In this document: piece by piece, positions 53,859-63,893 of the stretch
Layout: each line of letters opens with the position of its first letter
How positions within the stretch are numbered: the stretch's first letter is position 1
Source: an uncultured Methanosarcinaceae archaeon
Lineage (GTDB): Archaea > Halobacteriota > Methanosarcinia > Methanosarcinales > Methanosarcinaceae
NCBI GenBank assembly: GCA_963721455.1
Contig: CAVRJG010000044.1
Coordinates: 93,965 to 157,964 of the forward strand
Direction: 5' to 3'
DNA length: 64,000 nt
Translations under genes and position numbers: made by a program
The notes under the pieces: generated by a model
What the model was told of the DNA's origin: nothing
The model's input: only the letters and a program-made list of their open reading frames with translations
The model's database searches: none

Positions 53859-53903
53859 GTAATACCAAAACGTATATATGTAATACTTGGCAATTTAGTA
53901 TTA
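53859..53903 (+). promoter_or_regulatory. Candidate repressor operator (TAATACT-N9-AGTATTA) next to a TATA-like box upstream of cbiM
   Basis: Perfect 7-bp dyad at 53881-53903; TATATAT at 53873-53879; extra GTAATAC half-site at 53859. Confidence 0.5.
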
Positions 53904-54115
53904 TCAAGGATATTCTTAAGAAACCGTCATCGGAAACGTCGTAATAGACTCAGAATGATTATGTTCGTCCCTGAAAGAGAGTTTCAGGCTTCATTTTAAG
54001 AATATTTTCTATTCCTCGTTTCAGGAATATTCTCCAACATAAAAAAGGATTCCTGTTTGAATTGACAGGAAATAAGAATAGTAGATTTGGGGTAAAAAGA
54101 GGACAGAGGGAAAAA

Positions 54116-54799
54116 ATGCATATACCTGATTCGTTCATACTGCTTGACCAGGCAATAATTTACTGGGTAATTGCCCTTCCATTTATAATAATGTCAATGA
54201 AATGGGCAAAAAATGAACTTGACGAAATGAAAGTACCTATTCTTGCCGCCCTTGCAGCAGGAATCTTTGCAATCCAGGCCATGAACATTCCCATAGGGAT
54301 GGGGACAAGCGGGCACATGGTAGGAGCAACCCTTGTTGCTATCGTCTTCGGAAGCCCCTGGGCTGGAGTCCTTGTGCTTACTTTAGTCCTGATTGTGCAG
54401 GGGTTCGCCTTTGGTGACGGTGGGGTCACTACCATGGGAGCAAATATTCTGAATATGGGTATCATTTCCGGGTTTGTCGGATATTATACCTATGTTGCCC
54501 TTCGCAAGAGCGCAGGCACAAGCACTGCAGCCTTCGGAGGCGCCTGGCTCGGGCTCTTTACCTCGGCAATTGCCTGTGCTGTCCAGATGTGGCTTGCTGG
54601 CACCTTCCCCCTGGTTCCGGGACTTATTACAATGGGAACCTATCACCTGATAATTGGTTTTATCGGAGAAGGGCTGATCACTGCAGTTGTAATTACAGCA
54701 ATTGCAAAATCCCGCCCTGACCTTCTTGAAGACAGTTTTACTACAAGATCAGACAGGATTAAAAAGGAGACACATGCATGCGTGGAAAATCAAACATGA
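54116..54799 (+). CDS. cbiM: ECF S component CbiM/NikM
   Basis: N-terminal MHIPD metal-binding motif, TSGH, GDGG. Confidence 0.92.
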   Translation: MHIPDSFILLDQAIIYWVIALPFIIMSMKWAKNELDEMKVPILAALAAGIFAIQAMNIPIGMGTSGHMVGATLVAIVFGSPWAGVLVLTLVLIVQGFAFGDGGVTTMGANILNMGIISGFVGYYTYVALRKSAGTSTAAFGGAWLGLFTSAIACAVQMWLAGTFPLVPGLITMGTYHLIIGFIGEGLITAVVITAIAKSRPDLLEDSFTTRSDRIKKETHACVENQT

Positions 54800-55083
54800 A
54801 ATTCTTTTACGCCGGAATTGTGATTGCGCTTTTGCTCGCGGTTCTAGCCCCATTCCTTGCATCTCCAGACCCCGACGGGCTTGAAAGTGCTGCTGGAGGG
54901 ATAGTTGAAGAATCGAAAATGGCCCAAATTGAAGAATCTGAACCAGTAGTTGGGTCCCCAATGCCTGACTATTCAATTGAAGGCTTGGGGAAGAGCGGAG
55001 AAGTCCTGGCGATTGCAGTGGGAACACTTACAGTACTGACAATCAGTTTAGGTCTTGGGAAAGTGTTCAATAAAAAAGCCTGA
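54778..55083 (+). CDS. PDGLE domain protein (NikN-like)
   Basis: ASPDPDGLE...PMPDY. Start may be 54796. Confidence 0.88.
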   Translation: MRGKSNMKFFYAGIVIALLLAVLAPFLASPDPDGLESAAGGIVEESKMAQIEESEPVVGSPMPDYSIEGLGKSGEVLAIAVGTLTVLTISLGLGKVFNKKA

Positions 55084-55127
55084 AGTTCTGGATTAAAAAT
55101 TTCCATTGTCTCCCAGGAAAATTGAGG

Positions 55128-55832
55128 TTAAGGATTTATAAATATTATACTCGAAGGGCAGAGCTGGTTCACAACGCAGGATGGACATTTTGGTTTTCTT
55201 GCCTGGCAGACTTCCCTCCCATGATAAATCAGGGTCATGGAGATTGAATCAAGGTCTTCCTTTCGAGCAAGAGATAGAATGTCCTGTTCAATTTTGTCAG
55301 GGTCGGAGTTTTTCGTAAATCCCAGCCTTCTTGAAACCCTTTTTACATGCGTGTCCACAGCGATGCCCTCAATTATCCCAAATGCCCTGGCAAGCACTAT
55401 ATTAGCTGTTTTTCTCCCGACGCCTGGCAAACTAACCAGTTCTTCCATAGCGTCCGGGACTTCACCATTGTATTTCTCAACAATCAGTTGCGCAGCAGCT
55501 TTGATATTCTTTGCTTTGTTTTTGTAAAAGCCTGTGGAATAGACATCGATCTCAAGTTCCCTGAGGTCTGCGTTTGCATAGTCTTCCGCAGTTCTGTACT
55601 TTTTGAACAGCTTTTCAGTCACTCTGTTAATCTGGACATCGGTTGACTGGGCTGAAAGAACGGTTGCCACAAGAAGTTCAAGGGGACTACTGTAGTTAAG
55701 AGAAGGTTTTGCGTTCGGATACTCTTTTTTTAGAAGAGCCCAGATCCGGTCAAAATTGTGCCTGTTGTCAGGGAGATCATATTCATAAAGAGAATCTTGA
55801 GTATCCGATTTTTTGGGCTTTTTTTCAGGCAT
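55128..55832 (-). CDS. nth: Endonuclease III
   Basis: LSAQSTD, LPGVGRKTAN HhH, VDTHV, CxxxxxxCxxCxxxxxC. Confidence 0.95.
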   Translation of the reverse strand: MPEKKPKKSDTQDSLYEYDLPDNRHNFDRIWALLKKEYPNAKPSLNYSSPLELLVATVLSAQSTDVQINRVTEKLFKKYRTAEDYANADLRELEIDVYSTGFYKNKAKNIKAAAQLIVEKYNGEVPDAMEELVSLPGVGRKTANIVLARAFGIIEGIAVDTHVKRVSRRLGFTKNSDPDKIEQDILSLARKEDLDSISMTLIYHGREVCQARKPKCPSCVVNQLCPSSIIFINP

Positions 55833-55968
55833 GAGTAACTCCAGATTTTCGGGTTTGTTTCCGGTTTCAGCGGAAGCGTACTTTCTTTGCGGAATCTGTA
55901 TTACGTTTCCCGGAGTAAGGCATCAGAAGGTAAGTTTGAGTGCCTGCGTCCGGGTCTTGCAGGAAGTT

Positions 55969-57321
55969 TTACAGCATATAAGGAATATCCGAACATATAG
56001 TAGGATAGGTAAAGATTACTTTTTTTATGTCCGATACACTGAGGTTAAGCCTTATTGCCATAGCAAAAATATTGATAGCTTCTTCAGCATTCGGGCCCAG
56101 GATATGAGCTCCCATTATGCGGCCACTTGCCTCGTCTATAATTACCTTTGAAGCTGCAAATTCGATGCCGACTCTCCGTGTTGTCTTCCATTTGCTTCTG
56201 TCCCGGAAAATCACCTTATATTTATCGCTGTCTTTTGCTGCACTGATTCCCACAGAAGCCAGGACAGGAATGGTAAAGACTGCACTCGGGATGCCGGTAT
56301 AATCGGCTTCTGCGTCATCTCCATCCAGAATATTAGCTGCGGCAATCTGGCCCTGGAGTGTTGCTACCGGAGTTAGTTTCATGCCTTCGGCGACACAGTC
56401 TCCTCCAGCGTAAATATGTGGATTTGAAGTCCGCATGTGTTTATCAACTATAATACCTTTCTTATCAGCCTTAACGTCTGCATTCTCAAGTTTCAGGTCT
56501 TCGATATCAGGGACTCTCCCGGCCCCGTTAAAAACCATGCCCGCATGAAAAGTCCGGGTTTCGGACTGAGCCCCGATTCTGAATTCGGTCCTGACCAGAA
56601 AGCCGTCATTTTCTTTTTCGACAGCTTCCACTTGGTTGTTTGTAAGGATTTTAATGCCTGCTGTTTCTGAAGCTTTTACAAGCAGATCTACCATATCGGG
56701 ATCGAAAGGTCCGAGAGGTTTTTCGCTCCTGTGCAGGATTAAGACCTCGGATCCTGCTCTTCTCGCAATGTGTGCAAACTCGAAAGAGATGTAGCCACCC
56801 CCGATGAAAATGATCTTTTGAGGGAGCTTTTTAGTTTCCATGAAACCCTCATTCGTTGTAAGGTATTCCTCGCCGGGTATGCCCAGTTTCCGGGGCTTTG
56901 ATCCCGTCGCAATGAAGATATATTCCCCTTTGAGTATATCCTCTCCGACAATTACGGTTTTCTCACCCGCAAAGTGGGCTATTCCGTGATACATATCAAT
57001 CCCCAAATCTGCGAGCATTTTTTCAGTTTCACGGGGATAGTCCTCAGTAAACGTTCTCTTGAACTCGATAAGTGAGGGCCAGTCGACCTCTAGAGGGTTC
57101 TCCGTCCCTGTGCCTCTACCTATCAGCCGATTATTCAGGTCTGTAGCTTCAGACGCACTTGCAAGTACCTTTTTTGGGTCGCAGCCTCTAAGAGGGCAGG
57201 TACCCCCATACTCCCTTGAGTCGATAATGGCGAATTTCAATCTTGATGACCGTGCCCTGCCTGCAAGAGTCCTGCCTGCTGTACCTGTCCCGATAATTAT
57301 AATATCGTATTTCTTTTCCAT
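55969..57321 (-). CDS. Pyridine nucleotide-disulfide oxidoreductase (glutathione/dihydrolipoamide reductase family)
   Basis: GTGTAG, GGTCPLRGCDPKK redox dithiol, GGGYIS, YPT C-terminus. Confidence 0.88.
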   Translation of the reverse strand: MEKKYDIIIIGTGTAGRTLAGRARSSRLKFAIIDSREYGGTCPLRGCDPKKVLASASEATDLNNRLIGRGTGTENPLEVDWPSLIEFKRTFTEDYPRETEKMLADLGIDMYHGIAHFAGEKTVIVGEDILKGEYIFIATGSKPRKLGIPGEEYLTTNEGFMETKKLPQKIIFIGGGYISFEFAHIARRAGSEVLILHRSEKPLGPFDPDMVDLLVKASETAGIKILTNNQVEAVEKENDGFLVRTEFRIGAQSETRTFHAGMVFNGAGRVPDIEDLKLENADVKADKKGIIVDKHMRTSNPHIYAGGDCVAEGMKLTPVATLQGQIAAANILDGDDAEADYTGIPSAVFTIPVLASVGISAAKDSDKYKVIFRDRSKWKTTRRVGIEFAASKVIIDEASGRIMGAHILGPNAEEAINIFAMAIRLNLSVSDIKKVIFTYPTICSDIPYML

Positions 57322-57684
57322 CAAATTCCCCAACCCTTTGATATGTTATCTTCGGAAAAAATAAATCAAAGAAGTAATCCTGAAAAAGCAGTTTCTCTAT
57401 GCATCCCCTATTCATTCTGTTTCCAAAGAATAAGTATTTCACGTGAACACTTTTCCTGAAAGAAGTCAATAATAGTATACTTCCAGAAAGTTATGCATAC
57501 AAAGTACCAAAAACTTAAAGAACCACATATCCAGAAGAGTTGTTAAAGCATGCTTAAGAGAATACTGGATTTTCAGAATTGAAGTTCGGTTTTCCCGGAA
57601 AGAGAAGTTTCTTTTTAATATAATAATGTGTAAACCATAAGTTTTATAGCTAATAATTTTGAAACCAAGTATATTGGTGATTTT

Positions 57685-59301
57685 TTGGTAAAAAGGGCAC
57701 TGCTCAGCGTCTCAGATAAGACAGGAATTGCAGAATTCGCACGCGGGCTTGAATCACTTGGCGTGAAGATAGTCTCAACAGGCGGAACAGCGAAAATTCT
57801 TCGCGACGCCGGCATAGAAGTTACCGATGTCTCGGAAGTTACGGGCTGTCCGGAGATGATGGGAGGAAGGGTCAAGACTCTCCATCCGAGAATTCATGGA
57901 GGGCTCTTATGCCTGCGGGAAAGCAATGAACAGATGGAGGAGGCTGCAAAAGAAGAGATCTCCCTCATTGATATGGTGGCTGTAAATCTCTATCCGTTTG
58001 AAGTAACTGTTTCAAAAGAGGGCGTGGAACTTGAGGAAGCCATTGAAAATATAGATATAGGAGGCCCAACTCTCCTTCGCTCGGCAGCCAAGAACTACCG
58101 TTCGGTAACAGTGCTCTCCGACCCATCGGATTACGGGCACGTCCTGAAAGAGCTGCGCTCAAGCGGAATAATTTCGAATTCAACCCGAGCTGCCCTTGCA
58201 GTCAAGGCTTTCAGGCATACTGCTGATTACGATGCAGCCATCGATATTTACCTTAGCAAGACTCTGCTCGGAGAAGAAGCACTTCGCCTGAAGTTTACTG
58301 ACGGCGTGAAACTCCGCTATGGAGAAAACTGGCATCAGAAAGCCTATTTTTATAAAGACCCTAAAATAGAAGGCCCTAGCCTGGCAAAAGCCGCCCAGCT
58401 GCATGGGAAGGAACTTTCCTATAATAACTATGTGGATGCCGACAATGCCCTTCAGACGGTAAAAGAACTCGGAAATGCCTCCCCTGCAGTAGCAATCGTA
58501 AAACATAACAATCCATGCGGGCTTGCTACCGGAAGCACACTCCTGCAGGCTCTTAGGGCTGCCTGGGACGGAGACCCGATTTCGGCTTACGGAAGCATAA
58601 TCTGCACAAATGAGATCTTTGACCTTGCAGCTGCTACTTTTCTGAATGGAAAATTTGTGGAGATTATTCTTGCTCCTGACTTCAAGCCCGATGCCCTTGA
58701 ATACCTGAAAAATAAAAGTGAGAACCTGCGACTCCTGAAACTGCCTGAGCTCAGAGAAATTTTCGGAACAGAATATACATATAAGTATATAATCGGAGGC
58801 ATGCTCAAGCAAAGCCGCGACATCGGAATCTACGAGAAATGGGAGTCGGTCACAGACGCCCCCTATCCTGAAGACAAACGCTCTATCTCGGAATTCTGCC
58901 TGAAAGCCTGTAAAGCAACCAAATCCAATGCAGTGATCCTTGCTCATGAGTACGAGCCAGGCTTTTTCATGATACTGGCTATGGGTGCAGGGCAGCCGAA
59001 TAGGGTTGACTCGATCCGCAAACTAGCAGCCACAAAGGCTGTCGAAAATCTGAGGACAATTTACGAAAGAGAACATCCTGGTGTTTCCTTTGAAGATTAT
59101 TGCCAGAAAGTTATGTCAGAATGCGTAATGGCATCGGATGCTTTCTTCCCCTTCGATGACAGCATAATTTATGCCGCCGAAAATAATATCCGCTACATAG
59201 TCTCCCCAGGAGGGTCAATCAGGGACGGCGAGGTTATTGCCACTGCAAACCGGCTCGGAGTTGCCATGGTCTTCACAGGCATGCGCCACTTCCTGCATTG
59301 A
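57685..59301 (+). CDS. purH: Bifunctional AICAR transformylase / IMP cyclohydrolase
   Basis: ALLSVSDK, GRVKTLHP, IDIGGP, LRYGEN, SDAFFPF, RHFLH. Confidence 0.96.
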   Translation: MVKRALLSVSDKTGIAEFARGLESLGVKIVSTGGTAKILRDAGIEVTDVSEVTGCPEMMGGRVKTLHPRIHGGLLCLRESNEQMEEAAKEEISLIDMVAVNLYPFEVTVSKEGVELEEAIENIDIGGPTLLRSAAKNYRSVTVLSDPSDYGHVLKELRSSGIISNSTRAALAVKAFRHTADYDAAIDIYLSKTLLGEEALRLKFTDGVKLRYGENWHQKAYFYKDPKIEGPSLAKAAQLHGKELSYNNYVDADNALQTVKELGNASPAVAIVKHNNPCGLATGSTLLQALRAAWDGDPISAYGSIICTNEIFDLAAATFLNGKFVEIILAPDFKPDALEYLKNKSENLRLLKLPELREIFGTEYTYKYIIGGMLKQSRDIGIYEKWESVTDAPYPEDKRSISEFCLKACKATKSNAVILAHEYEPGFFMILAMGAGQPNRVDSIRKLAATKAVENLRTIYEREHPGVSFEDYCQKVMSECVMASDAFFPFDDSIIYAAENNIRYIVSPGGSIRDGEVIATANRLGVAMVFTGMRHFLH

Positions 59302-59657
59302 GAAAACCGATAAAATAACGAATGAACCGAAACCGGAATCCGAAACCGGAATCCTAATCCCTGCCGTCCAAGGGCAGGGAAAAATTAAATTTACAAACTT
59401 GATTTCAAGAACTTTTAACGCTCAATTGACAATAGCTTTGAGTATCAGAGGAAACCGATATTTTAATATTTTTCAAGGAAATTCAGGATATAAAGAGATC
59501 AGATCTATCTGGACCACATATTAAATTTAACGTTTTTATCAATAAATTTGGATGTAATACTTCGTTCAGTTTTCGAGAACTCACTCAATTTTATTAGATG
59601 TATCACGTTATATATCACGTTATATAGCCAGCTTTTTTTAAACATGTTTACATATTA

Positions 59658-60646
59658 CCGACCTTCCGCAGGTGCGACAAGAAGCTATACTATGAATTGC
59701 ACCATTCGCTACCTCTTCCATTTGAGGTAATCCTACTGTGACATGCATAAATGGTAACATTTGTGTGTGAAGCTCACAGGACACTATCGAGAAATCAAGG
59801 AACCTGACTTTGGTAATCGGTTAGGATACGAATACTATGAAGAACATAAAGTGAACCATCGTAAGAATCGTGAAGTGGAATAAGCGAAAGCAGGCTGATA
59901 CGCTTAACCAAAAGGTACAGAATCAGGCTGTAATGGGTCTGCGGACATTATGGCAAATGGACAAATGATTCTCGGTTTATAGATGGCTTCTAAGGTATTC
60001 ACATTATTCGTAGTATGGAACTTGGTAAGCCCTAAATGCTCCCATTATGGGTAGGACTCCCGCGAGGGATAACGATGGCATTGAGGGTAGAGGATTCAGT
60101 AAAAAGCGAATGCCAATCTGTAATGGATTGGATAGAGGTTCAAACTTTGCCTCAATCCGAAAGGATGCAGACTTACTGATGGTGTTTTCTTGTGTGAATG
60201 GAAACAAACCTACAAATGTAAGATACTCAACGACACCAATAGGTGAGAGGCTTACAGACAATTATGTTAGTGGGCTGTTATCCGGAACACAAAATCAGTT
60301 ATGCAAATAACTGGTGCCTGATACAGAAAGGGTTTGAAAACACTCGAGCCGTATGAAGGGAAACTTTCAAGTACGGTTCCTAGGGGAGAAAGGAGGAGTA
60401 ATCCTCCCTACTTACCCGACATGTCCTCAAGAAAATAACATTTCTCTTGCTATCATTTTTGGATATTTGCTCTAAAATTTGCAATTATTACCTCAACTGA
60501 AGCTTCCTGAAATGTAAGTTAGAAGCTTTCAATGAAAGTACAAGATTGAAAAGTGTAAGACATTTCAAAAAAACATGTTTGAATAAGCAGGGAAATTTTC
60601 AGAAAAACGATAGTAGAAAAAATTGTGAAAATTGAACGGACATCTG
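59658..60646. mobile_element. Probable MITE (~250 bp without the intron): left TIR CCGACCTTCCGCAG|ATGTCC split by the intron, right TIR cut off after GGACATCTG
   Basis: The joined exons give a 20-mer whose inner 9 bp are complementary to GGACATCTG at 60638-60646; 12/16 identity with the TIR of the 35595 MITE. Confidence 0.55.
59672..60420 (+). ncRNA. ORF-less group II intron (IIB/CL-like), 749 nt
   Basis: 5' GTGCGACAAGAAG; DI closing helix GAAGCTAT/ATGGCTTC; EBS1 CTGCGGA (59939-59945) pairs with IBS1 TCCGCAG (59665-59671); canonical 34-nt DV GAGCCGTATGAAGGGAAACTTTCAAGTACGGTTC (60346-60379); DVI and 3' AC; no RT ORF. Confidence 0.93.
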
Positions 60647-61345
60647 GGGACGGCTTCGGCACGGTGTGGGACAACCTCACCGACCCGTCGGCGCTCCACG
60701 CCTTCCGCATCACGCTCACCGTCGCGTTCTGGGCGGTGCTCGGCAACACGATCTTCGGCCTCGACCGCCTCGATCCTGCTCGTGCGCTACCGCTGGCCCG
60801 GCAAGCGGGCCTTCAGCACGCTGATCGACCTCCCGTTCGCGGTGTCGCCGGTCGTCGTCGGCCTCGCGCTCATCCTCGTCTACGGCCCGAACGCGAACGT
60901 CGGTGGTTGGCTCGCCGACGTCGGCGTCTCGGTGATCTTCTCGCTGCCCGGCATGGTGATCGCCACGATGTTCGTGTCGCTCCCACTCGTGGTGCGCGAC
61001 GTCGTCCCGGTGCTCGAGGAGATCGGCGACGAGCAGGAGCAGGCCGCGTGGACGCTCGGTGCCTCGAAGCCGCAGACGTTCCGGCGCGTCACGCTGCCGG
61101 CGATCCGGTGGGCGCTCGCGTACGGCGTCGTGCTGACGCTCGCCCGTTGCCTCGGCGAGTACGGCGCGGTGCTCGTCGTCTCCGGGAACATCCAGGACAA
61201 GACCCAGACCGCGCCCCTCTACGTGGGGACCGAGTTCCAGAACTTCAACACCCAGGGCGCCTACACCGTCGCGTTCGCGCTGGCGATGATCGCGATCGTC
61301 GCGCTCCTGCTGCTCAACCTCGTGCGGCCGAAAGAGGAGATCTGA
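60647..61345 (+). CDS. cysW: Sulfate ABC transporter permease CysW (5'-truncated, frameshift near 60770; bacterial segment)
   Basis: [34 protein letters not shown]. Confidence 0.82.
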   Translation, partial: GTASARCGTTSPTRRRSTPSASRSPSRSGRCSATRSSASTASILLVRYRWPGKRAFSTLIDLPFAVSPVVVGLALILVYGPNANVGGWLADVGVSVIFSLPGMVIATMFVSLPLVVRDVVPVLEEIGDEQEQAAWTLGASKPQTFRRVTLPAIRWALAYGVVLTLARCLGEYGAVLVVSGNIQDKTQTAPLYVGTEFQNFNTQGAYTVAFALAMIAIVALLLLNLVRPKEEI

Positions 61346-62308
61346 TGAGCATCTCGGTGCGGAACGTCGGGAAGCGCTTCGGCGACTTCGTCGCACTCGA
61401 CGACGTGTCGGTCGACATCCCGACCGGATCGCTCACCGCGCTCCTCGGACCGAGCGGTGGCGGCAAGACGACGCTGTTGCGGGTGATCGCCGGGCTCGAG
61501 ACCCCCGACACGGGCGTCGTCGAGATCGCGGGCAACGACTCCACCTCCCTCCCGCCGCAGCGTCGCAACGTCGGCTTCGTGTTCCAGCACTACGCCGCGT
61601 TCAAGCACATGACGGTGTTCAAGAACGTCGCGTTCGGCCTCTCGATCCGCAAGCGCCCCAAGGCGCGAGATCCGCGCCCGGGTGACGGAGCTGCTCGAGC
61701 TCGTGCACCTCGAGCACCTCGCCGACCGGTACCCGTCGCAGCTGTCGGGCGGACAACGACAGCGGATGGCACTCGCGCGCGCGCTCGCGGTCGAGCCCGA
61801 GGTCCTGCTGCTCGACGAGCCGTTCGGCGCGCTCGACGCCCAGGTGCGCAAGGAGCTGCGGACCTGGCTGCGCCGCCTGCACGACGAGGTCCACGTGACC
61901 ACCGCGTTCGTGACCCACGACCAGGAGGAGGCGATGGACGTCGCCGACCTGATCGTGGTGATCGCCAAGGGCAAGGTCGAGCAGTCGGGCACGCCCGACC
62001 AGCTCTACGACGAGCCGGCGAACGAGTTCGTCATGAGCTTCCTCGGACCGGTCACCCGCCTCCAGGGTGCGCTCGTGCGGCCGCACGATCTCGAGCTCGT
62101 TCCCGTCGCGACTCCCGATGCGGTGGCGGGCACCGTCGTCCGGGTCGTGCGACTCGGCTTCGAGGTGCGCGCCGACGTCCTGACCGAGGCCGGCGAGGTG
62201 TGGGTGCAGCTGACCCGCGGTCAGTCGGATCGACTCGCACTCGAACCCGGCACCGCGGTCGGCATACGCGTCGCCGGACCGACCCTCGCCGAGTCCACGT
62301 CGGCCTGA
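61345..62308 (+). CDS. cysA: Sulfate ABC transporter ATPase CysA (frameshift near 61665; bacterial segment)
   Basis: [14 protein letters not shown], then LSGGQRQR and [10 protein letters not shown] in a shifted frame. Confidence 0.85.
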
Positions 62309-62352
62309 CGGCTGCGTCGAGCATGAACCCGGTCCGGAACTCACTCCCCGGG

Positions 62353-62782
62353 GTGATCGTCCCGGCTCGGCTCGACTACGCGCTCCGTGCGCTCCTCTCG
62401 CTCGCCGGGGCGCAATCGGAACGAACCAAGGTCGACGTGATCGCCGACGAACACGACCTCTCGCGCAAGTTCCTCGCCCACACCCTCACGACCCTCCGCG
62501 ACGCGGGGATGGTCGTCACCCGGAGGGGCGCGAGCGGGGGCTATTGGCTCGCGCGCCGCCGCGGACGAGATCTCCGTCGTCGAGGTCTTCGACGCGATCT
62601 CGGCTGCCGCCTCCTCTGGCGCTCGGGCGGAGCGCAGGGCCAACCCGGCCGCCGCGCGGAGCGCGACGGCCTGGAGCCGGATCGAACATGCCATGCGGGC
62701 GGGACTCGGCGCGCTCACGATCGCCGATCTGGCGACGCCGGTCACGCCCGGTCGCGCTCCTCGACGGTCACGGTCTTCATGA
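62353..62782 (+). CDS. Rrf2 family transcriptional regulator (frameshift near 62557; bacterial segment)
   Basis: DYALRALL...[12 protein letters not shown], then [13 protein letters not shown]...LTIADL in a shifted frame. Confidence 0.75.
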
Positions 62783-63218
62783 CGTCGCCGACCTGGATCC
62801 CGGTGGCGACATCCATTCCGTCGACGACGAAGCCGAACAGGCTGTAGTCCTTCGAGAGCTTGCGGGTGCAGTCGTCGATGGTGATGAAGAACTGCGAGCC
62901 GTTGGTGTTCGGACCCGCGTTCGCCATCGCGACGGCGCCGAGGGTGTACTCGCCCTTCACCTCTTCGTCGCGGAACTTGTACCCGGCGTCGCCGGTGCCG
63001 GTGCCCTGGGGGCACCCGCCCTGGATCACGAAGTCGGGGACCACGCGGTGGAAGGTCAGGCCGTCGTAGAAGCCTTGCCGCGCGAGGCCGACGAAGTTGT
63101 TGACGGTGTTCGCCGCGAGCTGCGGGTCGAGATCCATCACGATGTCGCCCTTGTCGGTCGTGATCGTGGTCCGGTACATCTTGGAGCCGTCGATCTGGTA
63201 CTCGGGGGGTTGCGCCAC
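62742..63218 (-). CDS. Cyclophilin-type peptidyl-prolyl isomerase (bacterial segment)
   Basis: [35 protein letters not shown]. Confidence 0.92.
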   Translation of the reverse strand: MAQPPEYQIDGSKMYRTTITTDKGDIVMDLDPQLAANTVNNFVGLARQGFYDGLTFHRVVPDFVIQGGCPQGTGTGDAGYKFRDEEVKGEYTLGAVAMANAGPNTNGSQFFITIDDCTRKLSKDYSLFGFVVDGMDVATGIQVGDVMKTVTVEERDRA

Positions 63219-63260
63219 GGTTCGGTCCTGCTTTCTCGGCGTGTCGTTCGTTCGGCTGGG

Positions 63261-63569
63261 TCAGGGTCGGCTGGAGGAGTTCGAGGCGGCGACCGCCTCG
63301 GCGAGCAGCCCGCGGACCTGGTCCGAGAGGGGGCTGTCGGGGACGAGCGTGATGTAGCGCTGGAACTGCGGAATCGCGCCGGCCGCATCCGACTTCCCAC
63401 GGAACAGCGCCATCCCCTTGAAGAAGTGCGCGTCAGGATAGGTCTCGTCGGCGGCGAGCGCGGCATCGATCCGCGGGATCGCGTCGTCGACCCTGCCCGG
63501 CGAGGTAGAGCAGCCAGCCGCTGTACGCCTGCGCCTCGGTGTCGGCCGGGTCGAGCCTGCGTCACGGTG
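63261..63569 (-). CDS. C-terminal part of a TPR protein (frameshifted, 5' part missing)
   Basis: AYSGWLLYLAG|RVDDAIPRIDAALAADETYPDAHFFKGMALF. Confidence 0.6.
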   Translation of the reverse strand, partial: HRDAGSTRPTPRRRRTAAGCSTSPGRVDDAIPRIDAALAADETYPDAHFFKGMALFRGKSDAAGAIPQFQRYITLVPDSPLSDQVRGLLAEAVAASNSSSRP

Positions 63570-63893
63570 GACGCCGGCGCCGAGGATCAGCCGTCCGTTC
63601 GACAGGTTGTGCAGGCTGGCAAGCTCCTTCGCCAACGGCAGCGGATGGCGCATCGGCAGCACCAGCACGGTGGTGCCCAGCCGCACCCGCTCGGTCACCG
63701 CCGCGACGTAGGTCAGCGTCACCACCGGGTCGTAGAACAGCGGCGAGCGGGGGAACTCCTTGCGCGGCACGATGATGTGCTCGCTGACCCACACATCGTC
63801 GAAGCCCAGCGCTTCGGCGCGCATCGCGTGGCGGCGGATCAGCGCCGGGGTCGCCTGCTCGCCGGCATGCGGCAGATGGATGCCAAGCTTCAT
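63570..63893 (-). CDS. N-terminal part of an LLM-class (F420-dependent-type) oxidoreductase, truncated
   Basis: MKLGIHLP, AEALGFDDVWVSEH, LGTTVLVLPMRHP, GRLILGAGV, then an abrupt break. Confidence 0.8.

Noticed and set aside
1081-58947. Numerous antisense or overlapping ORFs in the track (e.g. 11252-11860, 46198-46812, 58180-58947)
   Set aside because: They are shadow frames of well-supported genes and have no recognisable motifs.
59763-59770. GTGTG as the intron 5' end
   Set aside because: It lies within the domain Ic helix; the GTGCG at 59672 is supported by the DI closing stem and EBS1-IBS1 pairing.
60047-60310. 87-aa ORF as an intron-encoded protein
   Set aside because: No RT motifs; it overlaps ribozyme domains II-IV and is at most a short relic.
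1-60646. Pyrrolysine (TAG) read-through genes
   Set aside because: I saw no ORF pair separated by an in-frame TAG with continuous homology; the check was by eye only.
60625-62847. 740-aa ORF in the track
   Set aside because: It is a patchwork of frameshifted cysW, cysA and Rrf2 pieces and off-frame GC-rich sequence across a chimeric junction.
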